64,000 nucleotides of DNA from an uncultured Verrucomicrobiae bacterium (GCA_963760675.1 CAVXEG010000005.1:46904-110903); one strand, 5' to 3'. Counted from the first letter of the stretch, positions 21,233 to 33,134 are shown. A program made the numbers and translations. Notes: generated by a model not told the origin, from the letters alone.

Positions 21233-21516
21233 ATGGGACGCTCGATTAAAAAAGGTCCGTTCGTTGATGGGCACCTGCTGGAGAAGATCCAGAAGGCGAA
21301 GGAGCACCAAATCAGAAGACGCCGATCAAGACCTGGTCGCGCCGCTCGATGATCACGCCGGATTTCGTCGGCCTGACGTTCACCGTGCACAACGGCAAGG
21401 TCTTCAACCCGGTGTTCGTGACGGAAAACATGGTGGGCCACCGGCTCGGCGAATTTTCGCTGACGCGCACGTTCAAGAAGCACGGCGCCCACACGGCCAA
21501 AGCGGAAGCGAAGTAA
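21233..21516 (+). CDS. rpsS: 30S ribosomal protein S19 (indel)
   Basis: [12 protein letters not shown]...[16 protein letters not shown]...MVGHRLGEF. Confidence 0.94.
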
Positions 21517-21519
21517 CTT

Positions 21520-21863
21520 ATGGAAGTTCACGCGATCACCAAAAACGTGCCGCATGTCCGCGCAGAAGATGCGCGAAGTGGTGCGCCAGATTCAGGGCTT
21601 GCCCGCGCTGCAGGCGCAGGCGGTGCTGGCGGTCGTGCCGCGCAAGGGCGCGCGGTTCGTGGCCAAGACGCTGAAGTCGGCCATCGCCAACGCGGAGAAC
21701 TAACACACAAGAACGATACAAGGCCGGAAGACGCTGCGTCGTCAAGGAAGCGGTGGCCGGGACGGCGTCCACCCTGCGGCGGTTCACGCCCAAGGCGCGC
21801 GGTTCGGCCGGGCCGATCCTCAAGCGCAGTTGCCACATCAAAATTGTTTTGTCAGACGAATAA
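21520..21863 (+). CDS. rplV: 50S ribosomal protein L22 (indels)
   Basis: MSAQKMREV...LKSAIANA...ARGSAGPILKRSCHI; operon position. Confidence 0.9.
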
Positions 21864-21868
21864 TTGGT

Positions 21869-22549
21869 ATGGGACAAAAAACCAATCCAATCGGTCTGCG
21901 CGTCGCCGTCAACAAGGACTGGCGCTCGAAGTGGTATGCCGGCAAGAAGGAATTCGGCAAGCTGCTCACCGAGGACCGCAAGATTCGCGACCTGCTGAAG
22001 AAGAAGCTCGAGTCGGCCTCCGTGCCGCAGATTCTGATCGAGCGCGCCGCCAACCGCTGCCGCATCACCATCCTCACCGCCCGTCCCGGCGTCGTCATCG
22101 GCCGCAAAGGCGCGGAGATCGACAAGCTCAAGGAAGAGTTGAGCAAGATGACCGGCAAGGAGATTTACGTGGACATCATGGAGATCAAGACAGCCGGAAA
22201 TCGACGCGCAGCTCGTCGCGGAGAACGTCGCGCTGCAGCTGGAACGCCGCGTTTCGTTCCGCCGCGCGATGAAGAAGGCGCTGCAGACCGCGAAGGATTT
22301 CGGCGCGGAAGGGATCAAGATTCGCTGCGCCGGCCGTCTGGGCGGCGCGGAACTGGCGCGCGTCGAGACAGTATCACTGGGGCCGCGTGCCGCTGCACAC
22401 GCTGCGCGCGAACATTGATTACGGTTTTGCCGAGGCCAACACGGTTTACGGCAAGCTCGGGATCAAGTGCTGGATTTGCAAAGGCGAGAACAAGCCGCAG
22501 AAAGCCGCAGCAGCCCAGGCAACGCGGCTGAACCAGTGCCGCGAACTAA
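21869..22549 (+). CDS. rpsC: 30S ribosomal protein S3 (indels; end approximate)
   Basis: [33 protein letters not shown]. Confidence 0.95.
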
Positions 22550-22571
22550 TTTTAGATCGAAGGATTTTGTT

Positions 22572-22992
22572 ATGCCATTGATGCCCGCAAGAGTGAAGTA
22601 CCGCAAGATGCACCGCGGCAACCGCGCCGGCCTGGCCTACGCGCGGCAACACGGTGGCGTTTGGCGAGTACGGATTGATGGCGCTGGAGCGCTGCTGGCT
22701 GGACACCAAGCAGATCGAGGCCGCGCGCGTGGCCATCGCCCGCAACATGAAGCGCCACGGCAAGATGTGGATCCGCATCTTCCCGCAGAAGTCCTTCACC
22801 AAGAAGCCGCTGGAAACGCGCATGGGCAAGGGCAAGGGCCCGCTGGAATCCTGGGTGGCGGTGATCCGGCCGGCCAACGTGCTGTTCGAAGTGGACGGCG
22901 TGACCGAAGCCGTGGCGCGCGAGTCGATGCGCCTGGCGGCGACCAAGCTGCCGATCAAGACCAAATTCATTTCGCGGCACCGGATCGGCTGA
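22572..22992 (+). CDS. rplP: 50S ribosomal protein L16 (indel)
   Basis: [35 protein letters not shown]. Confidence 0.96.
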
Positions 22993-23017
22993 CGCTGAGT
23001 CGTATGAAGAAGACTCA

Positions 23018-23213
23018 ATGAAAATCGGAATTCAAAGAAATGACGCTGGTCGAGCTGGCGGCCGAAGGCCGCGAACTGCGCCAGGAGATTTTCAACCTGC
23101 GCCTGCAGCAGGCCAGCGCCCAGCTGGAGAAGCCGGCGCGGCTGCGCACGTTGCGCCGCGACATCGCCCGCATCGAAACGCGCATCTCGCAACTGCGCAA
23201 CAAAGCGGCATAG
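23018..23213 (+). CDS. rpmC: 50S ribosomal protein L29 (indel)
   Basis: [36 protein letters not shown]. Confidence 0.9.
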
Positions 23214-23224
23214 ACTTAATTTGT

Positions 23225-23548
23225 ATGGCTGAACTGACCACGACACCTGCAACGTCACGCAACGGCCGCCGCGCGCGGCAACCGCAAAGAACGCGTCGGC
23301 GAAGTCATCTCCAACAAGATGGCCAAGACCATCGTGGTGCGGGTCGAGCGCCGCTTTCCGCATCCGCAAGTTCAAGAAGGTCGTCACCGGCTACAAGAAG
23401 TTTTACGCCCACGACGAAAAGAGCGAGGCCAAAGTCGGGCGACCGCGTGCGCATCGAGGAGACCCGGCCGCTCTCCAAGACGAAGCGCTGGCGGCTGGTC
23501 GAGGTGGTGGAGCGCGGCAGCGGCGTGGTAACGCCGGTGGCCGCCTAG
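23225..23548 (+). CDS. rpsQ: 30S ribosomal protein S17 (indels)
   Basis: [16 protein letters not shown]...[18 protein letters not shown]. Confidence 0.94.
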   Translation: MAELTTTPATSRNGRRARQPQRTRRRSHLQQDGQDHRGAGRAPLSASASSRRSSPATRSFTPTTKRARPKSGDRVRIEETRPLSKTKRWRLVEVVERGSGVVTPVAA

Positions 23549-23567
23549 CTCAACGGATCACTGATTT

Positions 23568-23932
23568 ATGTTGCAGATTCGTTCCATCTAGATGTGGCCG
23601 ACAACACCGGCGCCAAGCGCGCCGCGGCCATCGGCGTGCTCGGCCGCAACCAGCGCTACGCGCGCGTCGGCGACATCATCAAGGCCCACATCAAGGAAGC
23701 CGCGCCCGATGGCACGGTGAAGAAGGGCGAAGTGGTGGATGCCGTGGTGGTGCGCACGCGGCAGGCGATCCGCCGCAACGACGGCTCGTATCTGCGCTTT
23801 GACAGCAACGCCATTGTGATCATCGACAAGGAACTCAACCCGCGCGGCACGCGCATCTTCGGCCCGGTCGCGCGCGAGTTGCGCGACAAGAAGTTCATGA
23901 AGATCATCTCGCTGGCGCCGGAAGTCATTTGA
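23568..23932 (+). CDS. rplN: 50S ribosomal protein L14
   Basis: ADNTGAK...[15 protein letters not shown]...SLAPEVI. Confidence 0.96.
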
Positions 23933-23938
23933 AGAGTT

Positions 23939-24220
23939 ATGCAGAAATTTCATGTGAAGAAGGGCGACGAAGTGGTGGTCATCGCCGGCGCGGACAAAGG
24001 GCAAGCGCGGCAAGATCATCGCGGTCGCTCGGCAAGAAACAGCGGGTCGATTGTCGAAGGCGTGAAGATGATCAAGACGCACATGCGCAAGAGCCAGCAG
24101 CACCCCAGGGCGCGATCGTCGAGCGCGAAGGCATCGATCCACATTTCGAACGTGATGAAGGCGGAGAAGTTCGATGCGCGGGCCGCCAAACGCGGCGCCG
24201 CGGCGCCGGCGAACGCATGA
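23939..24220 (+). CDS. rplX: 50S ribosomal protein L24
   Basis: KKGDEVVVIAGADKG...IHISNV. Confidence 0.93.
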   Translation: MQKFHVKKGDEVVVIAGADKGQARQDHRGRSARNSGSIVEGVKMIKTHMRKSQQHPRARSSSAKASIHISNVMKAEKFDARAAKRGAAAPANA

Positions 24221-24230
24221 CGATTTCGAA

Positions 24231-24250
24231 GTCACGGCAAAATCCGTGAC
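24231..24250 (+). repeat. Hairpin GTCACGG-CAAAAT-CCGTGAC directly upstream of rplE (copy 1 of 2)
   Basis: Perfect 7-bp stem; near-identical to 26095-26116. Confidence 0.75.
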
Positions 24251-24257
24251 GAACGAA

Positions 24258-24837
24258 ATGAAAGCCAGACTTTACGAAAAATACGTCAACGAAGTGGTGC
24301 CGGCGCTGAAGGAAAAGCGCAAGTACACCAACGTCCACCAGGTTCCGCGGATGGAGAAGATCGTGGTGAACATGGGCGTGAGCGCCTCGCTGGAAAAGAG
24401 CGCGGTGGACGACGCGGCCAAGGACCTGGCGCTGATCACCGGCCGCAAGGCGGTCGATCAGCAAGTCGCGCCACAGCATCGCGAATTTCAAGCTGCGCGA
24501 GGGCCAGCCGATCGGCTGCCGCGTGACGCTGCGCCGCGATGCGATGTATGAGTTCTTCGACCGGCTGGTCGCGACGGCGCTGCCGCGCATCCGCGACTTC
24601 CGCGGCCTGTCGCCGCGGTCATTCGACGGGCGCGGCAATTATTCGCTCGGCGTCGCCGATCAGACGATTTTCCCGGAGATCGAACTGGACAAGATCAAGC
24701 GACAGCAGGGCATGGACATCACGATCGTGACCAGCGCGCCGCACCAACGACGAGGCGCTGGAGTTGTTGAAGCTGATGGGCATGCCGTTCGCCGAGGCAA
24801 AGCCGAAACACCGAAACGCATGAACAAACCACATTGA
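24258..24837 (+). CDS. rplE: 50S ribosomal protein L5 (indels)
   Basis: [37 protein letters not shown]. Confidence 0.96.
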
Positions 24838-24840
24838 TTT

Positions 24841-25109
24841 ATGGCTAAGAAAGCATGGATTGAACGCAACAAGAGGAAGGCCGAGACGGTGAAGAAATAC
24901 GCCGCCTCCGCGCCGAGTTGAAGGCCAAGCGCGATTACGCCGGCCTGGCCAAGCTGCCGCGCGACGCCAGCCCGACGCGGGTGGTCAACCGCTGCTCGAT
25001 GAGCGGCCGCCGCCACGGCTACCTGCGCAAGTTCGGCTGCTCGCGCCTGACGTTCCGCGAAGCCGCGCTGAACGGGTTGATCCCGGGCGTGACCAAGGCC
25101 AGTTGGTAA
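24841..25109 (+). CDS. rpsN: 30S ribosomal protein S14, ~89-aa Zn-free (C-) type (indel)
   Basis: MAKKAWIER...[14 protein letters not shown]...[11 protein letters not shown]; no CxxC pairs. Confidence 0.94.
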
Positions 25110-25129
25110 CATTACATACTAATTACGAT

Positions 25130-25517
25130 ATGACGATCCGATTTCCGACATGCTGACCCGGATTCGCAACGCCAACCGGGCGTTGCTGCCGGCCGTCGAA
25201 GTGCCGCACTCCAAGATGAAGGAGAGCATCGCCGGCATCCTGAAGCGGGAAGGCTACATCGCCGACTTCGCCGTCGAAGGCAAGCTGCCCGAAGACGATC
25301 AAGCTCAAGCTGAAGTATCAGGGCAAGAAGGGCGTCATCGAAGGCCTGCGCCGCGTCAGCACGCCCGGGTCTGCGCCGTTACGTCGGCGCGACGGAAATT
25401 CCGCGCGTGCGCGGCGGCCTGGGCGTGGCCGTCGTCTCCACGTCGGAGGGCGTGATGACCGGCACGCAGGCGCGCAAGAAGAACCTCGGCGGCGAATTGC
25501 TTTGTTACGTCTGGTAA
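25130..25517 (+). CDS. rpsH: 30S ribosomal protein S8 (indels)
   Basis: [12 protein letters not shown]...LKREGYI...GGELLCYVW. Confidence 0.95.
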
Positions 25518-25545
25518 GACTTGAACGATTTAACTATTGTAATCT

Positions 25546-26082
25546 ATGTCACGAATTGGAAAACAACCGATCGCCATTCCGCCCAAAGTGAAGGTGGAGG
25601 TCAAAGGCCAGAAGGTTTCGGTCGAAGGCCCGAAAGGCAAACTCAACTGGGAACTGCCGCGCCGCACCAGCCTCAAGGTGGAGAACGGCAACGTCGTGGT
25701 CAGCCGCGAGGGCGAGGACGCCCAGGCCAAGGCGCTGCACGGCCTGAGCCGCGCGCTGGTCAACAACATGGTCCGCGGCGTCAGCGAAGGCTTCGTGAAG
25801 AAGCTCGAAATCCAGGGCGTCGGCTTCAAGGCCGCCGTGCAGGGCAAGAACGTCAACCTGAGCCTCGGCTATTCGCATCCGATCAATTATCCGATTCCCG
25901 ACCAGATCAAGGTGACGGTGGAGGAGAACACCAAGCTGACCATCGAAGGGCCGGACCGGCAGGTCGTCGGCCAGGTGGCGGCCGAAATGCGCAGCTTCTA
26001 CCCGCCGGAACCTTACAAGGGCAAGGGCGTGCGTTACGCCGACGAACACGTCGACCGCAAGGAAGGCAAGACCGTCCAGTAA
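25546..26082 (+). CDS. rplF: 50S ribosomal protein L6
   Basis: MSRIGKQPI...PEPYKGKGVRY. Confidence 0.97.
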   Translation: MSRIGKQPIAIPPKVKVEVKGQKVSVEGPKGKLNWELPRRTSLKVENGNVVVSREGEDAQAKALHGLSRALVNNMVRGVSEGFVKKLEIQGVGFKAAVQGKNVNLSLGYSHPINYPIPDQIKVTVEENTKLTIEGPDRQVVGQVAAEMRSFYPPEPYKGKGVRYADEHVDRKEGKTVQ

Positions 26083-26094
26083 CAATTGATTTAC

Positions 26095-26116
26095 GGTCAC
26101 GGCCAAATCCGTGACC
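26095..26116 (+). repeat. Hairpin GGTCACGG-CCAAAT-CCGTGACC directly upstream of rplR (copy 2 of 2)
   Basis: Perfect 8-bp stem; near-identical to 24231-24250. Confidence 0.75.
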
Positions 26117-26117
26117 C

Positions 26118-26492
26118 ATGAACATGAGAACTGAACAGAAACAACGACTCGCGCAACTGCGCCGCTGGCGCATCCGCAAGAAAGTCAGCGGCACCGAGGA
26201 GCGTCCGCGCATGAGCGTGTGCTTCACCAACAAGAACATCCACGTCCAGTTCATCGACGACGCGGCGGGCGTGACGCTGGCGGCGGCTTCGACGACGAGC
26301 AAGGCGACGCCGGACCGCGACAAACTCGCGGCCAATGTCAGCCAGCGCCAAGACGCATCGGCACGCTCGGCGGCACAGGCCGCTCTGGACAAGGGCATCA
26401 AGCAGGTGGTTTTCGACCGCGGCGGCGCGCGTTATCATGGCAAGGTCAAAGCGCTGGCCGACGCGGCGCGCGAAGCGGGTCTGAAGTTTTAA
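26118..26492 (+). CDS. rplR: 50S ribosomal protein L18
   Basis: [10 protein letters not shown]...[26 protein letters not shown]. Confidence 0.96.
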   Translation: MNMRTEQKQRLAQLRRWRIRKKVSGTEERPRMSVCFTNKNIHVQFIDDAAGVTLAAASTTSKATPDRDKLAANVSQRQDASARSAAQAALDKGIKQVVFDRGGARYHGKVKALADAAREAGLKF

Positions 26493-26514
26493 CGTCAACC
26501 AATGGAAAAGAATA

Positions 26515-27207
26515 TTGTGGCTGAACGAACCAATAGCCAGAAAGCGGAACGAGCAGCCGCAAGCGCGCCGAGGCAGCAGCGTCGCGCGGCGGCGTGGCCG
26601 CGGCCGGGCGCGGTCGCCGCGTGCGGCGCAGCCGGCCGGAGCCCGAGGCTTCGACGGACAGGGCGGCGAGGAGTTGACCGAGAAGGTGGTGTTCATCAAC
26701 CGCTCCGCCAAAGTCGTCAAAGGCGGACGCCGCTTCAATTTCAGCGCGCTGGTGGTCGTGGGCGACAAGCACGGCCGCGTCGGCGTTGGTCTGGGCAAGG
26801 CCGGCGAAGTGGCGGATGCCATCCGCAAGGGCGGCGAGATGGCCCGCTCGCAGATGGTCGGCGTGTCGCTGAAGGACGCGACCATTCCGCACGAAGTCTT
26901 CTCGCACTACTGCGGCGCGAAGGTGCTGCTGCGGCCGGCCTCGCCCGGCACCGGCATCATCGCGGGCAAGACCGTGCGCGCCGTGCTCGAATCCGCCGGC
27001 GTGAAGGATATCCTGACCAAGTCGCTCGGTTCCAAGAACGCCGCCAACGTGGTCAAGGCCACGCTGCACGGCGCTGTTGAGCCTGCGGCTGCGCGAAGAC
27101 ATTTACCAGAGCCGCGGCTTGGAGATCAAGAAGGTGGAAGCGCCGAAGGCTGCCGGAAGCCGCCGCCAGCCATTGCGCCGCCGCCGCGGCTGCACCCGAC
27201 CGCCTAG
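26515..27207 (+). CDS. rpsE: 30S ribosomal protein S5 with N- and C-terminal extensions (start approximate)
   Basis: [35 protein letters not shown]. Confidence 0.95.
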   Translation: MWLNEPIARKRNEQPQARRGSSVARRRGRGRARSPRAAQPAGARGFDGQGGEELTEKVVFINRSAKVVKGGRRFNFSALVVVGDKHGRVGVGLGKAGEVADAIRKGGEMARSQMVGVSLKDATIPHEVFSHYCGAKVLLRPASPGTGIIAGKTVRAVLESAGVKDILTKSLGSKNAANVVKATLHGAVEPAAARRHLPEPRLGDQEGGSAEGCRKPPPAIAPPPRLHPTA

Positions 27208-27214
27208 ATTTTTT

Positions 27215-27694
27215 ATGCGATTACACGATCTTAAACCTCGTCCCGGCGCCAAGCACCGCCGCAAACGGCTGGGCCAGGGCGAATCCAGCGGTCACGGCAA
27301 GACCAGCGGTCGCGGCGGCAAGGGCCAGACCGCCCGTTCCGGCAGTTCCATCCGCATCGGCTTCGAAGGCGGCCAGATGCCGCTGATCCGGCGCATTCCC
27401 AAGCGCGGTTTCAACAACGCCCGCCACGCCACCCGCTACATGCCGGTGAATCTCGAAGCGCTGAACGCGTTCGACGACGGCGCGCGGGTGGACGAGGCGG
27501 CATTGCGCGAGCGCGGGCCTGGCCAACGGCCGCGGCGACGGCATCAAGATTCTGGGCGACGGCGAACTGACCAAGAAACTGACGGTCAGCGCCCACGCCT
27601 TCAGCGCGTCGGCCAAGGCCAAGATCGAAGCCAAGGGCGGCACCTGCGAAGTCGTCGCAGCCGACGCAAAGCGGCGCCGGCTGCCAAGGCCTAA
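27215..27694 (+). CDS. rplO: 50S ribosomal protein L15 (indels)
   Basis: [33 protein letters not shown]. Confidence 0.95.
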   Translation: MRLHDLKPRPGAKHRRKRLGQGESSGHGKTSGRGGKGQTARSGSSIRIGFEGGQMPLIRRIPKRGFNNARHATRYMPVNLEALNAFDDGARVDEAALRERGPGQRPRRRHQDSGRRRTDQETDGQRPRLQRVGQGQDRSQGRHLRSRRSRRKAAPAAKA

Positions 27695-27715
27695 TCAGCT
27701 TTCGAACCTGACGCC

Positions 27716-29108
27716 ATGCTCGCCGCCATCGTCAACACCTTCAGCAACTGCTTCAAGATTCCGGAACTGAAGTCCCGGATTCTGTTCACGCTCGATGGTG
27801 CTGGCGATCTGCCGGCTGGTGGCGGTCATGCGCGTTCCCGGGCTTGGACGGCGCGGCGCTGGCGGACTTTTTCGAAGCGCAACGCCGCGACAGGCGGCGG
27901 TCGCTGCTGGGCATGTACAGCCTGTTCACCGGCGGCGCGCTGGAGCATTGCGCGGTCGGCGCGCTGGGCATCATGCCTTACATCAGCGCGACGATCATCA
28001 TCCAGTTGCTGACCGCGGTCGTTCCGCAGCTTGAGCAAGCTGGCGCGCGAAGAAGGCGGGCGGACCAAGATCATTCAATATGGCCGTTACCTGACCGTGC
28101 TGCTCTGCCTGGGCCAGGGCATCGTCATGGCCATCGGCTGGGAGAACCCGGAGAAGCTGTTTCCAGGGTATCGGGCGAGCTGGTGCTTTACCGACGACAG
28201 CATCTGGTGGTATCGCATTCAGACCGTGCTGATGCTGACGACCGGCACGATGCTGCTGATGTGGCTGGGCGAGCAGATCACCGAGCGCGGCATCGGCAAC
28301 GGCGTTTCGCTGGTCATCACGATCGGCATCCTGGCGCGGCTGCCGCAGGCGGTCAGTGGCGCTGCAGGACATGTTCTTCCCGCGGAGGCGGGCGAGGCCA
28401 AATTCAACTTCGGCCACGCCATCGCGCTGGTTCTGCTGCTGGCCGGCGTGATCGCCGGCGTCATCGCCGTCACTCAGGCGCAGCGGAAAATCCCGGTGCA
28501 ATACGCCCAGCGGGCGGTGGGCCGCAAGGTCTATTCCGGCGGCACCTCCTTCATGCCGTTGCGGGTGAACTACGCGGGCGTCATGCCGATCATTTTTGCC
28601 CAGGCCATCCTGATGTTCCCGCAGAAGATCTTCCTGAATTGCTCGGGCAGAGCTTTCAACGTCAAGTTTTTCAGCGAGATCGCGCCGCACCTTGACCGAA
28701 GGTGCGTTGCTTTATATCGCTGTCTATACGGCTGATGATTCTGTTCTTCTCCTATTTCTGGGTGGCGACCCAGTTCAATGAATTGCAGATCGCGGATGAC
28801 CTGAAGAAGAACGGCGGCTACATTCCCGGGCGTGCGTCCGGGCCAGGCGACGAGCGATTATCTGCACAACGCCATGAGCCGGATCACGCTGGCGGGCGCG
28901 GTCTTCCTGACGGTCATCGCCGTGATTCCGATCCTGCTGGTCAGGCAGATGGACGATCCCGTATCCGTGGCGCAGTTTTTCGGCGGCACGAGCATGCTGA
29001 TTACTGGTCGGCGTGATGCTGGATACGATGCGCCAGATGGAATCGCACTTGTTGATGCGCCATTACGACGGGTTCCTGAAGAAGGGCCGGTTCAAGGGCC
29101 GGTTCTAG
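27716..29108 (+). CDS. secY: Preprotein translocase SecY (indels)
   Basis: [46 protein letters not shown]. Confidence 0.96.
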
Positions 29109-29167
29109 ACCGTCGGATCCGTCACTGAATCCGAGAGCGGCTGCAGATTCGGATCAAATTGAAGCAG

Positions 29168-29945
29168 ATGATCATTCTAAAGAGCGAGCGGGATCTGGAA
29201 GCGATGCGGCCGGCGTGCGCGGTGGCCGGCACGGTGCTGGACGAGGTCGCGGCGTTCATCCAGCCGGGCGTGACGACGAGGGAGGTGGACGAGTTTGCGG
29301 CGGCGCGGATCAAGCATTACGGCGCGAAGAGCGCGTTTCTGGGCTATCGCAAGTATCCGTGCCAGATCTGCATCTCGGTGAACGACCAGGTCGTGCATGG
29401 GTTGGCCGGCGACCGCGCAGTTGCAGTTTGGCGACATCGTCAGCCTGGACGTCGGCGTGGTTTACAACGGGTTTATCGGCGACACTGCCCGGACGGTGGC
29501 CGTGGGCGGTTGCGGCGTGCTGGCGCAGAAGTTGATGGATGTGACGGAGCAGGCGCTTTACGAGGGCATCGCCCAGGCGGTGCCGGGCAACGGGTGGCGG
29601 ATATTTCGCGGGCGATCCAGACCTATGTCGAAAGCAACGGCTTCAGCGTGGTGCGGGAGTTTGTCGGCCACGGCGTGGGCCGGTCGATGCACGAAGAGCC
29701 GCAGGTGCCGAACTTCGTGGACGGCAAGAGCATCGCCGAAGCTGCGGCCGGGCATGACGATGGCCATCGAGCCGATGGTCAATGCGGGTCAGCCCGGCGT
29801 AAAAATCTTGAATGATGGCTGGACAGTGGTCACGCAAGATGGTTCACTATCCGCTCATTTTGAGCATACGGTGTTGATCACCGAGGCTGAGCCGGAGATT
29901 TTGACATGGCCCGAGAAGATGCCATCGAAGTTGAAGGTGTCGTAG
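29168..29945 (+). CDS. map: Methionine aminopeptidase type I (indels)
   Basis: [39 protein letters not shown]. Confidence 0.95.
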
Positions 29946-30129
29946 TCGAAGTTCTGCCGAACGAGACGTATCGGGTGGAATTGGCCAACGGCCACGGTTG
30001 CTGGCGTATGTGGCGGGCAAGGCGCAGGTTGAGCTTTGCCGCTTGACGCCGGGAGACAAAGTGAGGTTGGAAATGTCGCCCTACGATTTGTCGGAAGGGC
30101 GGATCATTGTGGAAAGAGAACAGATTTGA
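29906..30129 (+). CDS. infA: Translation initiation factor IF-1, divergent (indels)
   Basis: [19 protein letters not shown]...ELANGH...[19 protein letters not shown]; lies between map and rpmJ. Confidence 0.85.
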
Positions 30130-30131
30130 AT

Positions 30132-30245
30132 ATGAAAGTTCGCGCATCAGTAAAGAAACTTTGCGAGAATTGCAAGATCATCCGGCGCAAAGGCGTCATC
30201 CGTGTGATCTGCACCAACACGCGCCACAAGCAGCGGCAAGGCTAA
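30132..30245 (+). CDS. rpmJ: 50S ribosomal protein L36 (Zn-binding type)
   Basis: [37 protein letters not shown]. Confidence 0.97.
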   Translation: MKVRASVKKLCENCKIIRRKGVIRVICTNTRHKQRQG

Positions 30246-30277
30246 TCCATTCCATTACCAATTAACACTTAACAATT

Positions 30278-30672
30278 ATGGCACGTATCATCGGTGTGGA
30301 AGTTCCGCCGAACAAGCGCATCGACATCGCGCTGCGCTACATCTACGGCATCGGCCCGACCAACGCGAAGAGATCCTGGCCAAGGCCAACATCGATCCGA
30401 GCATCCGCGCCAAGGATCTGACCGAGCAGCAGCTCTCCCAGATCGTCCACGCGATCCAGGACGGCAAGTATGTCATCGAAGGCGATCTGCGCCGCGAGAT
30501 CGGCATGAACCTCAAGCGCCTGCAGGGCATCAAGTGCTATCGCGGCGTCCGCCACCTGCGCGGCTTGCCGGTGCGCGGCCAGCGCACCCAGACCAACGCC
30601 CGCACCCGCAAAGGCCCGCGCAAGACGGTCGGCGTGCAGCGCAATCCGAACGCCAAGACCGGCATCCACTAA
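30278..30672 (+). CDS. rpsM: 30S ribosomal protein S13 (indel)
   Basis: [10 protein letters not shown]...YIYGIG...[27 protein letters not shown]. Confidence 0.95.
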
Positions 30673-30699
30673 TCGATTTCATAATTTAAGATTCACGTT

Positions 30700-31331
30700 A
30701 TGGCTGACGAAACAAAAAGAAACCGGCTCCGAAGAAGGAGAGGCAAAGCCCGAAGCGGCTGCCGAAGCCGAAGCAAGCCGCGCCAAAGCCGCTGGCGAAG
30801 CCCGCCAAGGCCCGAAGAAAGCTGCGCTCCGGCCGAAGGCGCCGCTGCCGCTCCGCGCCGCTGAAGCGCCGAAGCCCGCTGAAGCTGCCGCGCCGGTGGC
30901 CGCGCGCCGCGCCCACTGCCGCCGAGTTGCTCGGCGAGGATCACGGCCGGCAAGAAGATCATCAAGGCCAAGGGCGCCAAGAACATCACCGTCGGCATCG
31001 CCAACATTCTGGCCACGTTCAACAACACGCTGGTCACGCATCACCGACATGCAGGGCAATCTGCATCGGCTGGTCGAGCGCCGGCCGCGTCGGTTTCAAA
31101 GGCTCGCGCAAGAGCACCGCTTACGCCGCGCAGCAGGTGGCGCAGGACGCCGCCCGCCAGGCGATGTCGCACGGCATGCGCGAAGTCGAAATGCGGGTCA
31201 AAGGTCCCGGCTCCGGCCGCGAATCCGCCATCCGCGCCTTGCAGGCGATCGGCCTGGAAATCACCACGATCAAGGACGTCACGCCCGTTCCGCACAACGG
31301 CTGCCGCCCGCGCAAGAAGCGCCGCGTCTAA
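30700..31331 (+). CDS. rpsK: 30S ribosomal protein S11 with long A/P/E/K-rich N-terminal extension (indels)
   Basis: [44 protein letters not shown]. Confidence 0.95.
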
Positions 31332-31370
31332 CCCATCAACTCTCAACTGATCAACTATCTACTTTAAATT

Positions 31371-31980
31371 ATGGCTCGTTACACTGGTCCTCGCGTTCGC
31401 ATCAGCCGCCGGTTCGGCGTTCCGATCTTCGGCCCGTCGAAATATCTGGAGCGCCGCAATTACGGCCCCGGCGTGCACGGCCCGAAGTCGCGCCGCAAGC
31501 ACACCGATTACGGCCTCGGCCTGATCGAGAAGCAGAAGCTGCGCTATTATTACGGCTTGATGGAGCGCCAGTTCCGCGGCGTTTACGAGAACGCGCTCTG
31601 AAGCGCCGCGGCGTCACCGGCGAGCAGATGCTGCAGATTCTGGAGACCGCCTGGACAACGTGGTTTATCACCTCGGCTTCGCCAACACCCGCGCCGCGGC
31701 CCGCCAGATGGTTGCCACGGCCACGTCAAGGTGAACGGCCGCAAGGTCAACATCCCTTCCTTCGGCCTCAAGGTGAACGACGTCGATCGAGGTCAAGAAC
31801 TCGAACGTGTCGCGCCAGTTGGCCACCAAGAACCTGGAAATCGCCACCAGCCGCGCCGTGCCGGATTGGCTGTCGTTGAACAAGGAAGCCCTCAAGGGCG
31901 TCGTCATGCGCATTCCGACGCGCGACGAGATCCAGCCCATCGCCAACGAGCAGGCCGTCGTCGAATTTTATTCCCGCTAA
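31371..31980 (+). CDS. rpsD: 30S ribosomal protein S4 (indels)
   Basis: MARYTGP...EKQKLRYYYGLMERQF...VNGRKVNIPS...VVEFYSR. Confidence 0.95.
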
Positions 31981-32097
31981 ACAATAACCCGCTCTGACGG
32001 AACGTCGCGGTCGCTGCACCAAAAACAATTATACGGGCTCCGCCGGCTGCGGGAATAAACGCCGGACGGGTCAGATTAAAATTGTTGAAAGGAAAAT

Positions 32098-33124
32098 ATG
32101 CCAGTACGTCTAGGACGTTTCGAAATGCCCAAGCGGTTGACCAAGGAAGAGGCAACCGCCACCGAAACCTACGCCAAGTTCATCGCCGAGCCGTTTGAAA
32201 CCGGTTACGGCCACACCATCGGCAACTCGCTGCGCCGCGTGCTGCTCTCCTCGCTGGAAGGCGCCGCCATCACCTCCATCAAGATCGACGGCGCGATGCA
32301 CGAGTTCGCCACCGATCGAAGGCGTCGTGGAGGACGTCACCGACATCGTCCTGAACCTGAAGAAGGTCCTGTTCAAGGCCCACACCCGCGACCCGCAGAC
32401 GCTGCTGCTCTCCGTCAACAAGGAGGGCGAAGTCACCGCCGCCGACATCCAGCTCAACCAGAACGTCGAGCTGGTCAATCCCGACGCAGCACATCTGCAC
32501 GCTCGACAAGAAGAAGAAGTTCGAGATGGAGCTGGAGGTCAAGGTCGGCCGCGGCTTTCTGCCCGGCGACGAAAACAAGAAGCCCAATCAGGCCATCGGC
32601 GTCATCGCCATCGACTCGCTGTTCTCGCCGGTCACCCGCGTCCGCTACGCCGTCGAGAGCGCCCGCGTCGGCCAGCGCACCGATTACGACCGCCTGATCC
32701 TGGAAATCTGGACCGACGGCCGCATCTCGCCCGACGACGCCCTGACCCAGGCCTCCGCGATTCTGCAGCATCACCTCGACGTGTTCGTCGGCTACGACAA
32801 GAACGCCGTCGAGTTCGAGGAAGTCGTGGACAAGCAGGACGAGGAGAAGACCAAGCTCAAGAAGCTGCTCAACATGAGCGTCAACGAAATCGAGCTGAGC
32901 GTCCGCGCCGCCAACTGCCTGAACAACGCCAACATCACCACCGTCGGCCAGCTCGCCATGAAGACCGAAGCAGGAGATGCTCAAGTATCGCAACTTCGGC
33001 AAGAAATCGCTCAACGAAATCAAAGAGAAACTGCAGGCCTCGGGCTTGACGCTCGGCATGACCTTCGAGCCGGACCTGCTCGAGGCGCCGAAGGAAGACA
33101 TGACGCTTGCCGGTCACACGTTAG
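32098..33124 (+). CDS. rpoA: RNA polymerase alpha subunit (indels; end approximate)
   Basis: [54 protein letters not shown]. Confidence 0.96.
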
Positions 33125-33134
33125 CAGGAGTTTT

